Shown: positions 10,419 through 19,571 of the stretch, one piece after another
Layout of the letters: each line of letters starts with the position of its first letter
Position numbering within the stretch: the stretch's first letter is position 1
Origin: an uncultured Ignavibacteria bacterium
GTDB taxonomy: Bacteria > Bacteroidota > Ignavibacteria > Tepidaquicellales > OLB5
Reading direction: 5' to 3'
DNA length: 64,000 nucleotides
NCBI GenBank assembly: GCA_947084945.1
Contig: CAMTUP010000007.1
Span: forward strand, 6,833 to 70,832
Translations under genes and position numbers: made by a program
The notes under the pieces: model-generated
What the model was told of the DNA's origin: nothing
Seen by the model: the letters and a program-made list of their open reading frames with translations, nothing else
The model's database searches: none

Positions 10419-11844
10419 AATTTATTTACTTTTAATAATATTTATGACCAATAATACAAAAGCGCAGAATGAAATGCTCAATAGGACAAACCCCCCTAAA
10501 CCCGGTCCACCCAAAGATGTACAGTTCCCAGATTATTTTGATACTACACTTCCAAATGGAATTAATGTACTTGTAATAGAAAACAACAAAATACCGGCAG
10601 TATCAATAAGAATGGTATTTAAAGATGCAGGTTCATTTAATGATGGCGATAAGTATGGATTGGCATCATTAACAGCAGAAATGCTTACAAAAGGAACTCG
10701 AAATCGCTCTGCTACAGAAATTGCAGAAGAAATTGATTTTATTGGGGGTAACTTGAATGCAGGAAGTAACTGGGACGGCAGCTATATTTCACTTTCGGTA
10801 TTGAAAAAGCATCTTTATACAGGAATTGAAATACTCTCTGATGTAGCACAAAGTCCGGTGTTTGCTGATGATGAACTTGCAAGAGTTAAAGAGCAAAGGT
10901 TATCATCTATTTTGCAAGGCAAAGATGATGCAGGAAATTTGAGTGATAAAAAGTTTAATAAAATTGTCTATGGTAATGCACCTTATTCAAATCCCGCTGA
11001 AGGTACTGAACTAACGGTAAAGAATATTACAGATTTAGACCTAAAGAATTTTTACAAAAAGAACTATTATGCAGGAAATCTGATCATAGCATTTGTTGGA
11101 AATATCACAAAAGAAGAAGCATTAGATATAACAGAAAAAAAGTTTTCTAATCTCCCGTTAAATGGCACAAACACGATGAATTCATTTGAATATCAACCGA
11201 TTGAAGAAAAAAACAAAGTATATGTAGTAAATAAACCCGGGGCAGTTCAGTCTAATCTAAGAATAGGACATATTGGTATTTCAAGGAACAATCCTGACTA
11301 TATTGCAGTAACAATAATGAATACTATACTAGGCGGCTATTTTGGGTCAAGGATTAACTATAATTTGCGGGAAAAACATGGTTACACCTATGGGGCAAGA
11401 AGCAGCTTTAGCCCGAACTTGCTCTCTGGTGATTTTTCAGTTGATACAGATGTAAGAAACGATGTTACAGATTCATCAATTACACTGATACTGGAGGATT
11501 TAAAAAATATTACTGTAGATGAAGTAACAAATGAAGAGCTTGAAACAGTGAAGAATTATATGACAGGGGTTTTTCCGTTACAGCTTGAAACTGCAAATGC
11601 AGTTGCATCAAGAGTAATTAACCTGAAACTATATAATCTCCCAAAGGATTACTATAGTAAGTACATAAGCTCAATAAACAATTTAAACAAACAGGATATT
11701 TTGAATGCAGCAAAGAAATATATTCACCCCGAAGATATTACTATTGTTGTATCAGGTGATGCAGGTGCAATTAAGGATAAACTCGCTAAGTTTGGTGAAG
11801 TATTGGTCTTTGATGCAGACGGAAACAGGATCAATGAGCAATGA
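10396..11844 (+). CDS. M16 peptidase non-catalytic partner subunit
   Basis: M16 fold without HxxEH; LGGYFGSRINYNLREKHGYTYG. Confidence 0.9.
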   Translation: MIQKIKIIIYLLLIIFMTNNTKAQNEMLNRTNPPKPGPPKDVQFPDYFDTTLPNGINVLVIENNKIPAVSIRMVFKDAGSFNDGDKYGLASLTAEMLTKGTRNRSATEIAEEIDFIGGNLNAGSNWDGSYISLSVLKKHLYTGIEILSDVAQSPVFADDELARVKEQRLSSILQGKDDAGNLSDKKFNKIVYGNAPYSNPAEGTELTVKNITDLDLKNFYKKNYYAGNLIIAFVGNITKEEALDITEKKFSNLPLNGTNTMNSFEYQPIEEKNKVYVVNKPGAVQSNLRIGHIGISRNNPDYIAVTIMNTILGGYFGSRINYNLREKHGYTYGARSSFSPNLLSGDFSVDTDVRNDVTDSSITLILEDLKNITVDEVTNEELETVKNYMTGVFPLQLETANAVASRVINLKLYNLPKDYYSKYISSINNLNKQDILNAAKKYIHPEDITIVVSGDAGAIKDKLAKFGEVLVFDADGNRINEQ

Positions 11845-11954
11845 ATCCCGCAGAGCGGGATTTCGCTTCGCTCAACAATGAATCCCGCAGAGCGGGATTT
11901 CGCTTCGCTCAACAATGAATCCCGCAGAGCGGGATTTCGCTTCGCTCAACAATG
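11844..11954. repeat. Three perfect tandem 37-bp units
   Basis: AATCCCGCAGAGCGGGATTTCGCTTCGCTCAACAATG x3, no spacers. Confidence 0.95.
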
Positions 11955-11991
11955 AACAATAAAAACGAAAATAGTTTCATAATAAATATTA

Positions 11992-13026
11992 ATGGAAGAA
12001 AATAAAACAGTAGTTTCAAAGCTATCTATACAGAATAATGGCAAACCAGTTGGTAATGATGTTGAACTGGTAAAGTATCTTAATGCCAAGTTTAAGGAAT
12101 TAAAAAGCGAAGTTGCAAAAGTAATTGTCGGTCAGGATGCAGTAATTGATCAGATAATAAATGCAATCTTATCACGCGGTCATTGTTTATTAGTTGGCGT
12201 TCCCGGACTAGCCAAAACACTGCTTGTAAAAACTCTGGCAGAAGCATTAGAGCTAAAATTCAGCAGGATACAGTTTACACCTGACTTAATGCCAAGCGAT
12301 ATTGTAGGAACAGAAATACTGGAAGATAATTTATCAACCGGTTCAAAAAGCTTTAAGTTCATTCACGGACCAGTTTTTGCAAACATGGTTCTTGCCGATG
12401 AAATAAACCGAACACCGCCTAAAACACAATCGGCATTACTCGAAGCAATGCAGGAGCATAGGGTTACTGCTGCAGGTACAACATACACACTTGATGAACC
12501 GTTCTTTGTGCTTGCAACACAGAACCCAATTGAGCATGAAGGCACCTATCCCCTGCCTGAAGCACAGCTTGACAGGTTCATGTTCAACATTTGGCTTGAC
12601 TATCCAACTATAAGCGAAGAAATGGATATTATTAAATATACAACAAGTATGTATTCGCCAATGGTAAATATTGCGCTTAAGAAAGATGAAATTATAATGC
12701 TTCAGGACCTTGTCAGAAGGGTTCCGGTTGCGGATAATGTTATTGAATACACGGTTAATCTTGTGAACAGAACAAGGCCCGATGGAGCTAACACTCCGAA
12801 ATATATTAAAGATTGGCTTGAGTGGGGAGCTGGTCCAAGAGCATCACAATACTTAATATTAGGAGCTAAAACCAATGCAATCTTGAATGGAAGATTTTCT
12901 CCTGATATTGAAGATGTTAAAATTGTATCAAAGCCTGTCTTAAGACACAGGATAATTACAAACTTTAACGCAGAAGCTGATAACATTAAGACAACTGATA
13001 TTATTGATAAGCTGTTGAATGAGTAA
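11992..13026 (+). CDS. MoxR family AAA+ ATPase
   Basis: GVPGLAKT, RIQFTPDLMPSD, DEINRTPPKTQSALLEAM, PLPEAQLDRF. Confidence 0.95.
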   Translation: MEENKTVVSKLSIQNNGKPVGNDVELVKYLNAKFKELKSEVAKVIVGQDAVIDQIINAILSRGHCLLVGVPGLAKTLLVKTLAEALELKFSRIQFTPDLMPSDIVGTEILEDNLSTGSKSFKFIHGPVFANMVLADEINRTPPKTQSALLEAMQEHRVTAAGTTYTLDEPFFVLATQNPIEHEGTYPLPEAQLDRFMFNIWLDYPTISEEMDIIKYTTSMYSPMVNIALKKDEIIMLQDLVRRVPVADNVIEYTVNLVNRTRPDGANTPKYIKDWLEWGAGPRASQYLILGAKTNAILNGRFSPDIEDVKIVSKPVLRHRIITNFNAEADNIKTTDIIDKLLNE

Positions 13027-13138
13027 GGTTGTTGAGTTGGTGAGTAGGTGAGTAGTAAGTTAGTTGTAGCTTTGAGCAAAACTTAGGATGTATTTGAATA
13101 AACCTGTCAGGTTTTAAGTATAAAAAAATAGATTTAAC

Positions 13139-13492
13139 ATGAAATCATTATCATATTTTTCACTTTTTATTTTTGCCTTTTTACTTGTGAGCTGCTCAGG
13201 CACAAAAATTACAACGAACACTAAAGACCTGAAGAACTTAAAGTATTTCAGGATACTTGTTGATGCAGATGATGACCCGATATTTGTTAAACTTCAGGAT
13301 GACCTTGGTATTGACCCGAAAATGGAACGATATACCGTTACAGTTGATGTCCGCTCAAAGGAGCTAACACAGCAATATGTGTTGTTTGGTGACGAATATA
13401 ATCCCATACGGTTTAACTGGTCACAATTAAGTGAACAAGTGCGTAATGGACTCCTAAACTGGACAGGAAGTAATAAGGAAAGATTAGATTGA
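13139..13492 (+). CDS. Hypothetical lipoprotein
   Basis: Signal peptide with lipobox LVSC. Confidence 0.75.
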   Translation: MKSLSYFSLFIFAFLLVSCSGTKITTNTKDLKNLKYFRILVDADDDPIFVKLQDDLGIDPKMERYTVTVDVRSKELTQQYVLFGDEYNPIRFNWSQLSEQVRNGLLNWTGSNKERLD

Positions 13493-13507
13493 ACAGAATT
13501 TATTTTT

Positions 13508-13543
13508 AAAAAACCTGCCAAGTATCTTATCCCTGGCAGGTTT
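13508..13543. terminator. Terminator hairpin between convergent genes
   Basis: AAACCTGCCA/TGGCAGGTTT stem. Confidence 0.65.
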
Positions 13544-13572
13544 GATAATAATTATTAGTTTTCTGTTTAAAT

Positions 13573-15069
13573 TTACTTCAAAAGCACCATCTTCTTCGTA
13601 TCCTTATATCCAATAACCTCAAGTGAATAAAAATACATTCCAGAGGCTAAATTCGAGCCATCAAACTGCACTTCATAACTTCCTGCTTTTTTAAATTCAT
13701 TTATACTGAATACTTCCTTGCCTAAGAGGTCGTATACCTTTAAAGTAACAAAAGCATCCTTTGGCATTTCATATTTAATATTAGTTACAGGATTAAACGG
13801 ATTTGGAAAATTTTGATATAATTTAAATTCAGCAGGAACATTATTTATTTCATTATAAATACCAATAACTGGTGGTGCATTTAGCATACTGTCAGTTCTT
13901 AAAACATATACATCTTCCATAGGGTAAACCGGGTCAAAATCTACACCTCCCGCAAACACAATATCTCCATTTGGTAGCGGTAAAACAGATTTCATGACTA
14001 GAATATCAAGTGAGAGATAATTTTTTTCGTAAATAACATTACCTAAGGAATCTAATACTACGGTATTTCCGTTTATTGAACCTCCATTTGCCGTATCATA
14101 ATACGAGGATATTACATATCTGTTTGGATTAATAACTTCCATACCTCCAAAATATTTCCTGAAAGCTGTACTTTGTATTGATTTCACAAACACAGTATCT
14201 CCAATATTATTGATTTTTGTTATGAAATTCCTACCACCAATAGCTCCTGTTCTTATATGATTACCCCCTATTAAATAGCCATTTGCTATCTTTTTAATTG
14301 AAATCATTGTAGCAGCACCATCAATTCTGTAAGTTTTCTCCCAAATTACATTACCTGAGATATCAATTTTCATAACTAATCCTTTTGGAGTATCTGTAGG
14401 GCTGTTTATATTAACTCCAACAACTATATAGCCATCATTTGTTAGTGTTTCAGTAATTCCATAAAATTGTTTTACAAAAGGAGTATTATATGTCATTTGC
14501 CATTGAAGATTGCCAAGAGAATCAATTTTTAAAATATATGCGCAATCAATTGAGCACTCTGCATCTCTACCGCAGGCAATATAACCTCCATCAGATGTTT
14601 TGATAATACTATAAGTTTGTATAAAACCACCACCGTAATTTTTATTCCAAATAATATTTCCATAAAGATCCAGTTTAATTGTAAAAGCGTCACCGCCATC
14701 ACCCGTAACTACACAACCTCCATCATTACTTGATACAATTGCAAATGCACTTTCACCTCCATTAGTGCCTAAACTAATTGTTCTTGTCCAAATTGTATCC
14801 CCGTATGGATTTAGTTTTAGGACATAAATGCATTGTCGATTTGGCAATAAGGTTGTATATCCCGCAACATAAATATTATCTCCATCAGCTTTGCAAACTC
14901 CATAGCCTCCATCAATGAAACGATCAATTCCATCGTAAGTTCTTTGCCATGTAATTGATTGGGCTATTGTAAAATTAGCTGCAAAGAATGAACAGCAAAT
15001 AATAAGGAAGTAAATATACTTTATGATATATTCTTCATTCTTCAATAATATTGCAATTATATTTTTCAT
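13573..15069 (-). CDS. Secreted beta-propeller-like protein with T9SS C-terminal domain
   Basis: Repeats LKxDxxGNxxWxKxY; QNFPNPFNP...KKMVLLK; start uncertain (ATG 15069 chosen). Confidence 0.85.
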   Translation of the reverse strand: MKNIIAILLKNEEYIIKYIYFLIICCSFFAANFTIAQSITWQRTYDGIDRFIDGGYGVCKADGDNIYVAGYTTLLPNRQCIYVLKLNPYGDTIWTRTISLGTNGGESAFAIVSSNDGGCVVTGDGGDAFTIKLDLYGNIIWNKNYGGGFIQTYSIIKTSDGGYIACGRDAECSIDCAYILKIDSLGNLQWQMTYNTPFVKQFYGITETLTNDGYIVVGVNINSPTDTPKGLVMKIDISGNVIWEKTYRIDGAATMISIKKIANGYLIGGNHIRTGAIGGRNFITKINNIGDTVFVKSIQSTAFRKYFGGMEVINPNRYVISSYYDTANGGSINGNTVVLDSLGNVIYEKNYLSLDILVMKSVLPLPNGDIVFAGGVDFDPVYPMEDVYVLRTDSMLNAPPVIGIYNEINNVPAEFKLYQNFPNPFNPVTNIKYEMPKDAFVTLKVYDLLGKEVFSINEFKKAGSYEVQFDGSNLASGMYFYSLEVIGYKDTKKMVLLK

Positions 15070-15285
15070 AATATTTGCTCCGAAGGAGCTGGTAATTTCC
15101 GGTAAAAGAGTTACATTGATTTGACTCAGTAATCCGCCTCGTGCGCCAAACCAAAGGCATGGGCGGATTGGCATAGTTTAGCGTAATCATTTTGGATAAC
15201 CTCCTTATTTATTGAAAATCTGGTTTTTCAGACTAGTCTTCCTGACTCGTTACTGACTGGTTTCTCAGTTCTGAGTTGATTTCAG

Positions 15286-15335
15286 TTATCAATCCCGCAA
15301 GTGTTAGACCTTTAGGCGGGATTTCAAAAATAACT
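15286..15335. repeat. 50-bp dispersed hairpin repeat (AATCCCGC...GCGGGATT)
   Basis: 48/50 identical to the reverse complement of 46805-46854. Confidence 0.9.
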
Positions 15336-15558
15336 TCGTTATTTTATCAATATAACACAAAATTCAAAAAAAAAAAAACACGTAAAAAGTAAATCAACAT
15401 AAATACGGTATAATAGCTGATAACATTTTAACTGATAAACCAGTCTTACAAGAATTTCTTACATCAAGTATCGGGTCTATAATATATTTATAGTTTTCAA
15501 TACAAATATAATACAGTAAGTAAGGTAATACAATGATTTGAGTCGTAAAATAATTACT

Positions 15559-15604
15559 TTTCATTATTTCACTATATCACTATTTCACTATTTCATTATC
15601 TCAC
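15559..15604. repeat. Short-period TCACTAT-type tandem array
   Basis: TTTCATTATTTCACTATATCACTATTTCACTATTTCATTATC just past the M61 gene stop; similar array at ~26390-26455. Confidence 0.7.
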
Positions 15605-17418
15605 CACTTATTTTCCAGCCAGCTTTCATAAATTTTTTTCTGTAAATGATTTGGTTCATTAACTTTTGCCAACGTATAATTTGATAATTTTATTTCTTCA
15701 AGGCTAAGTTTTGCTTCAATCAATCTCTCATTTCGGAAAATTGTAAAGGTAACCTTATCCCCTATTTTAAGTTCTTTGATTCGTTTTTCAATTTCCTCAT
15801 AGCTTAATCTCATACCATCGCAGGCAATTATTTCATCTCCGCTAAGCAATCCGGCTTTTTCTGCTGATGAACCATCAATCACTTGCTGAACAATTATCTT
15901 ATTCTCGTTTAAGACTGGTTTTTCAGTTTTAACACATAACAAACCAACTACAGGGGTTATTACTGAATCGCTATGAGATAGTTCTAACCCGGCATAGTTA
16001 AGATATTTTTCCCACTCAATTGGTACAACACCATACACATAATCATCAAAGAATTGTTTCAAGTTTTTACCTGCGAATTTTTCACATGCTTTCATAAAGT
16101 CTTCATTTGTATAGCCTTTTTCATTCAGCGGGAATTTTTTAAGCATATAGCGGAATACATCATCCAAAGAATATTTATTCGCTGATGCATTTCTAATTTC
16201 AAGATCAAGTACCAGCGAAACGTATGAGCCTTTTGAGTAATAATCTGATTCCGAGTTATACGAATTTTGCGATCTCCTCCAAAATTTTACCCAGGCATCA
16301 AAGCTTGATTCAGCCACCGATTGTATTTTATTACCGGGTCTGCGTCTTTCATCATCAACCCCTCGTGTTATTTCATTGTAGAATTCTTCAACACTCATTT
16401 GTCCTGTTCTTACCAGCATTAATCCATCATAATAGCTTGTGCCGCCTTCAGCTATCCAAAGCTCTGATGTATAATTTTCCTTTGTGAAATCATATGGAGT
16501 TATTCCTTTTGGTTTAAGCTGTTTAACATTCCACGTATGAAAAAATTCATGTGATATAAGTCTTAGGAATGATACATATCTTTCCTCTGAATCAAAGGCT
16601 GATGGTTTTACACCAACAACGGTGGAATTAATATGCTCTGTTCCCCCGCTGCTCTGTTGTGTGCAGTGAACTATGAAAGTATAATTTTCATACGGCACAC
16701 TTCCCCAGAATTCATAATTCTTTTTTATAATTATGGTAAAATCATTAATAAGTTTTTGCTTATCATAATTTGCATTTCCAAAAAAACTTATTGTATGCTT
16801 TTTACCTTCAACATCAAAATCAAAATCAGTTTGTGTGCCAATTTCCAGAGGGCAATCAACAAAGTAATCATAATTAGGGGCAATGAAAGTAAAGGGGTCA
16901 TTATTATATTTTTCAAGTCCTGTTGTAACGTGCCAATCTTTGTATGGAATAACTTTTAATGTTATAGGCTTATCATAATATATTGGTGAGAACATAAATA
17001 CTGATGCACCATTAATAAAGGCATGCTCTTCATTTAATCCGCGTGTACGTAAGAGAAAATCATTGGCAAAGACTCTGTATTTTACAATAACATCATTACC
17101 TTTATTTCGTTCGATATTCCATGTTGATTTATCGGTCTTATTCCATTTTAGCTGTATTCCATATTCATCAATAGCAGAAAACTCCTGTACACCTGATGAA
17201 AAATCAAAAATGAAATATCTCCCTGAGCGCCATACCGGCATAACCAGCTCAACATTTTTTTGTGAATTTGGTATATCACTCAGTTCAATTGTAACATTAA
17301 AAAAATGTGTTTCAGGTTCAGGCATGCTCACAGTATATTGTACAGTTTTATTATTAGCTTTACTCATAAAAGAAATTGTTCCAATCAATAATATTAATAA
17401 AAAGTATTTCATAAACAT
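15601..17418 (-). CDS. M61 glycyl aminopeptidase with PDZ domain
   Basis: GGTEH, HEFFHTWN, LWIAEGGTSYY, YYSKG; C-terminal PDZ (GSSAEKAGL). Confidence 0.93.
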   Translation of the reverse strand: MFMKYFLLILLIGTISFMSKANNKTVQYTVSMPEPETHFFNVTIELSDIPNSQKNVELVMPVWRSGRYFIFDFSSGVQEFSAIDEYGIQLKWNKTDKSTWNIERNKGNDVIVKYRVFANDFLLRTRGLNEEHAFINGASVFMFSPIYYDKPITLKVIPYKDWHVTTGLEKYNNDPFTFIAPNYDYFVDCPLEIGTQTDFDFDVEGKKHTISFFGNANYDKQKLINDFTIIIKKNYEFWGSVPYENYTFIVHCTQQSSGGTEHINSTVVGVKPSAFDSEERYVSFLRLISHEFFHTWNVKQLKPKGITPYDFTKENYTSELWIAEGGTSYYDGLMLVRTGQMSVEEFYNEITRGVDDERRRPGNKIQSVAESSFDAWVKFWRRSQNSYNSESDYYSKGSYVSLVLDLEIRNASANKYSLDDVFRYMLKKFPLNEKGYTNEDFMKACEKFAGKNLKQFFDDYVYGVVPIEWEKYLNYAGLELSHSDSVITPVVGLLCVKTEKPVLNENKIIVQQVIDGSSAEKAGLLSGDEIIACDGMRLSYEEIEKRIKELKIGDKVTFTIFRNERLIEAKLSLEEIKLSNYTLAKVNEPNHLQKKIYESWLENKW

Positions 17419-17463
17419 AAAATCGTTAAAAATTATTTAAAGTTTAAGAAATAAATAATTACC

Positions 17464-17831
17464 TAACTCACCTTACGCATACCCACTCCGTGCCTGCGGG
17501 AGGGTTTTTGTCATTCCTGCGAAGGCAGGAATCTTGTTTTTGATTTTAAGATGTTGTTTTTTCATTTCTGTATCAAATTCTTCCCTGCCAATATCATAAT
17601 ACAGGTCTTTCTATACATGATTCTTTTCTTCTATAAGCCAGATATTCCAATCTCGTTTCCATCTTTTTACTTGCGAGAATATAAACGCAAAAGCTATACA
17701 TGAAAATTGTTTTATATTAATAATTGTGGATTAATTTCTAAAGATTCCTGCCTTCGCAGGAATGACAAGACCAGTGATTCCGGCTTACCTGCCTGTCGCA
17801 TGCACAGCTCGGGAATGCGTAAGGTGAGTTA
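17464..17831. mobile_element. Composite element: TAACTCACCTTACGCAT TIRs around a REP pair and a GIY-YIG remnant, flanked by 75-bp direct repeats
   Basis: TIRs 17464-17480 and 17815-17831; TGTCATTCCTGCGAAGGCAGGAATCT at ~17509-17534 with inverted copy at ~17742-17767; direct repeats 17392-17466 and 17830-17904 (2 mismatches). Confidence 0.85.
17535..17673 (-). pseudogene. GIY-YIG (UPF0213-like) nuclease C-terminal remnant
   Basis: QVKRWKRDWNIWLIEEKNHV*KDLYYD resembles the ..KKWKRxWKxxLIExxNPxWxDL tail; internal stop, N-terminus missing. Confidence 0.75.
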
Positions 17832-17979
17832 TTAATAAAAAGTATTTCATAAACATAAAATCGTTAAAAATTACTTAAAGTTTAAGAAATAAATTATTAC
17901 CTAATATCAGTTATCTAATATTTGGTTTAATCTATACATAATAATCCATATTATATTGACTCAAAAATCATCATATTAG

Positions 17980-18060
17980 TAACTCACCTAACGCAACATT
18001 ACCGTCTGCCCTATTTTAGGGCACAAGGTGAGTTAGTAACACAGACATTCCTGTCTGTGA
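17980..18060. repeat. Partial copy of the 108-bp MITE-like family (reverse orientation)
   Basis: TAACTCACC...GGTGAGTTA plus CACAGACATTCCTGTCTGTG palindrome. Confidence 0.85.
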
Positions 18061-18114
18061 ATTATGCTATATGCTTAAGGTTAGTTAGTAAAATAATTAA
18101 AAAGGGAATTATAT

Positions 18115-18390
18115 ATGAGTGAAAGATTAGTAAAATGTATAAAGTTGGGATCTGAGCTTCCCGGACTTGCGGGACCGCCATTACCAAACGAGTTAGGTCA
18201 GCGGATATTTGAAAATGTATCAAAACAGGCATGGCAGGAGTTTTTAGAGCATTTTAAGATGGTGATAAATGAATACAGGCTTGATCTTACAAGTCCATTG
18301 GCTGACCAGGTATTTGAACAAAAGGCTGATGAATACTTTTTTTCAGATAACTATAAAATGCCTGAAGGATATGTTCCAGAAAAGGACTAA
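18115..18390 (+). CDS. YggX-like Fe(II)-trafficking / oxidative damage protection protein
   Basis: VKCIKL, LGQRIFENVSKQAW, INEYRLDL, PEGYVP. Confidence 0.9.
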   Translation: MSERLVKCIKLGSELPGLAGPPLPNELGQRIFENVSKQAWQEFLEHFKMVINEYRLDLTSPLADQVFEQKADEYFFSDNYKMPEGYVPEKD

Positions 18391-18493
18391 ATATCACGTA
18401 TTTTAGTGAGAAAAAATTATTTATTATGCTTGTTTTTTCTAAAAATATTGTTATATTAGTACCAAGTAAGGTGTAAATTTAAACGATAACAAT

Positions 18494-19438
18494 ATGAAAA
18501 AGAAATTACTATTTTTTATTGCATTACTTTCGTTGTTTTCATTGAGAGTTGTTGCTCAGCCAAGCTCACCAATATTGACAGAACCACCTAAAGATGTTGA
18601 TGTTGCAATTGTTCCGGTATTGCTAAACTGGAATGATGTACCCGGAGCAATATGTTACAGGGTAGAAATTTATACAGATACAACAAGTCCTGATAAATTT
18701 GAAGCCACCTGTAATGCAGTTCCATCACAATTTGTATTCCCCGAAGCTTCAACATTGATGAATACCAGATATTACTGGAGAGTTTATGCTTGCAGTCCCG
18801 AAGGCTGGAGCCAACCTTCAGGATATTTCAATTTTAAAACACAGTCACCAAATGCAGTTGGTAGTATTGAAAATTTAACCAATGGTGTTATTGACTTAAT
18901 TGCTGATGAGAAAATATCTCAAAACTTTGGTAACCAGCTAATTCGCAGACTTGAACAAGCATCACTTAGATTAAACCAAAATAATAAATTCCTTGCTACT
19001 CTTAATATGGTAATATTTAAAGTCAGGGTTACAACACTTAGGATTTCAAATCATATTAGTTCTGCAACTTCATCTTCATTAAACTATAGCGCAGATGGTG
19101 TAATTGACCTGATACAGTATGACGATAGTCCAAACGGAATGCCCTCTGTAAATGTAGATGAACTGATGACACCTACAAAATATTCACTTGAACAGAATTA
19201 TCCAAATCCATTTAATCCAACGACAACAATTGAGTTTTCAATACCCAAAGATGCAAATGTAACATTGAAAATTTTTGATGTTTTGGGGAAAGAAGTTGCC
19301 ACATTGGTAAATGATCAAAAAGCAGCAGGTACCTATATATTGAACTGGAATGCTTCAAATTTCAGCAGCGGTTTATACTTTTATCGCGTAACCGCTGGTG
19401 AATTTACTGATACCAAGAAAATGTTTCTGGTTAAGTAA
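18494..19438 (+). CDS. Secreted FN3-like protein with T9SS C-terminal domain
   Basis: Signal peptide, W..VPGA..Y...YYWRV module, QNYPNPFNP. Confidence 0.85.
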   Translation: MKKKLLFFIALLSLFSLRVVAQPSSPILTEPPKDVDVAIVPVLLNWNDVPGAICYRVEIYTDTTSPDKFEATCNAVPSQFVFPEASTLMNTRYYWRVYACSPEGWSQPSGYFNFKTQSPNAVGSIENLTNGVIDLIADEKISQNFGNQLIRRLEQASLRLNQNNKFLATLNMVIFKVRVTTLRISNHISSATSSSLNYSADGVIDLIQYDDSPNGMPSVNVDELMTPTKYSLEQNYPNPFNPTTTIEFSIPKDANVTLKIFDVLGKEVATLVNDQKAAGTYILNWNASNFSSGLYFYRVTAGEFTDTKKMFLVK

Positions 19439-19466
19439 AATCACTGAAAATACAATTTACTTTAAT

Positions 19467-19506
19467 GAAGAAGAGTGTTATTTTATGATAGCACTCTTCT
19501 TTTTTT
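19467..19506 (+). terminator. Rho-independent terminator
   Basis: AGAAGAGTG/CACTCTTCT stem followed by a T-run. Confidence 0.8.
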
Positions 19507-19571
19507 ATGTACTGCTTAATAAACCAGTATTGTAATAAACGCAGAATTAAAACGAGAAATATAAATTATAA

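Noticed and set aside
11844-11954. CRISPR array (37-bp palindromic repeats)
   Set aside because: Units abut directly with no unique spacers, and no cas genes are in the window
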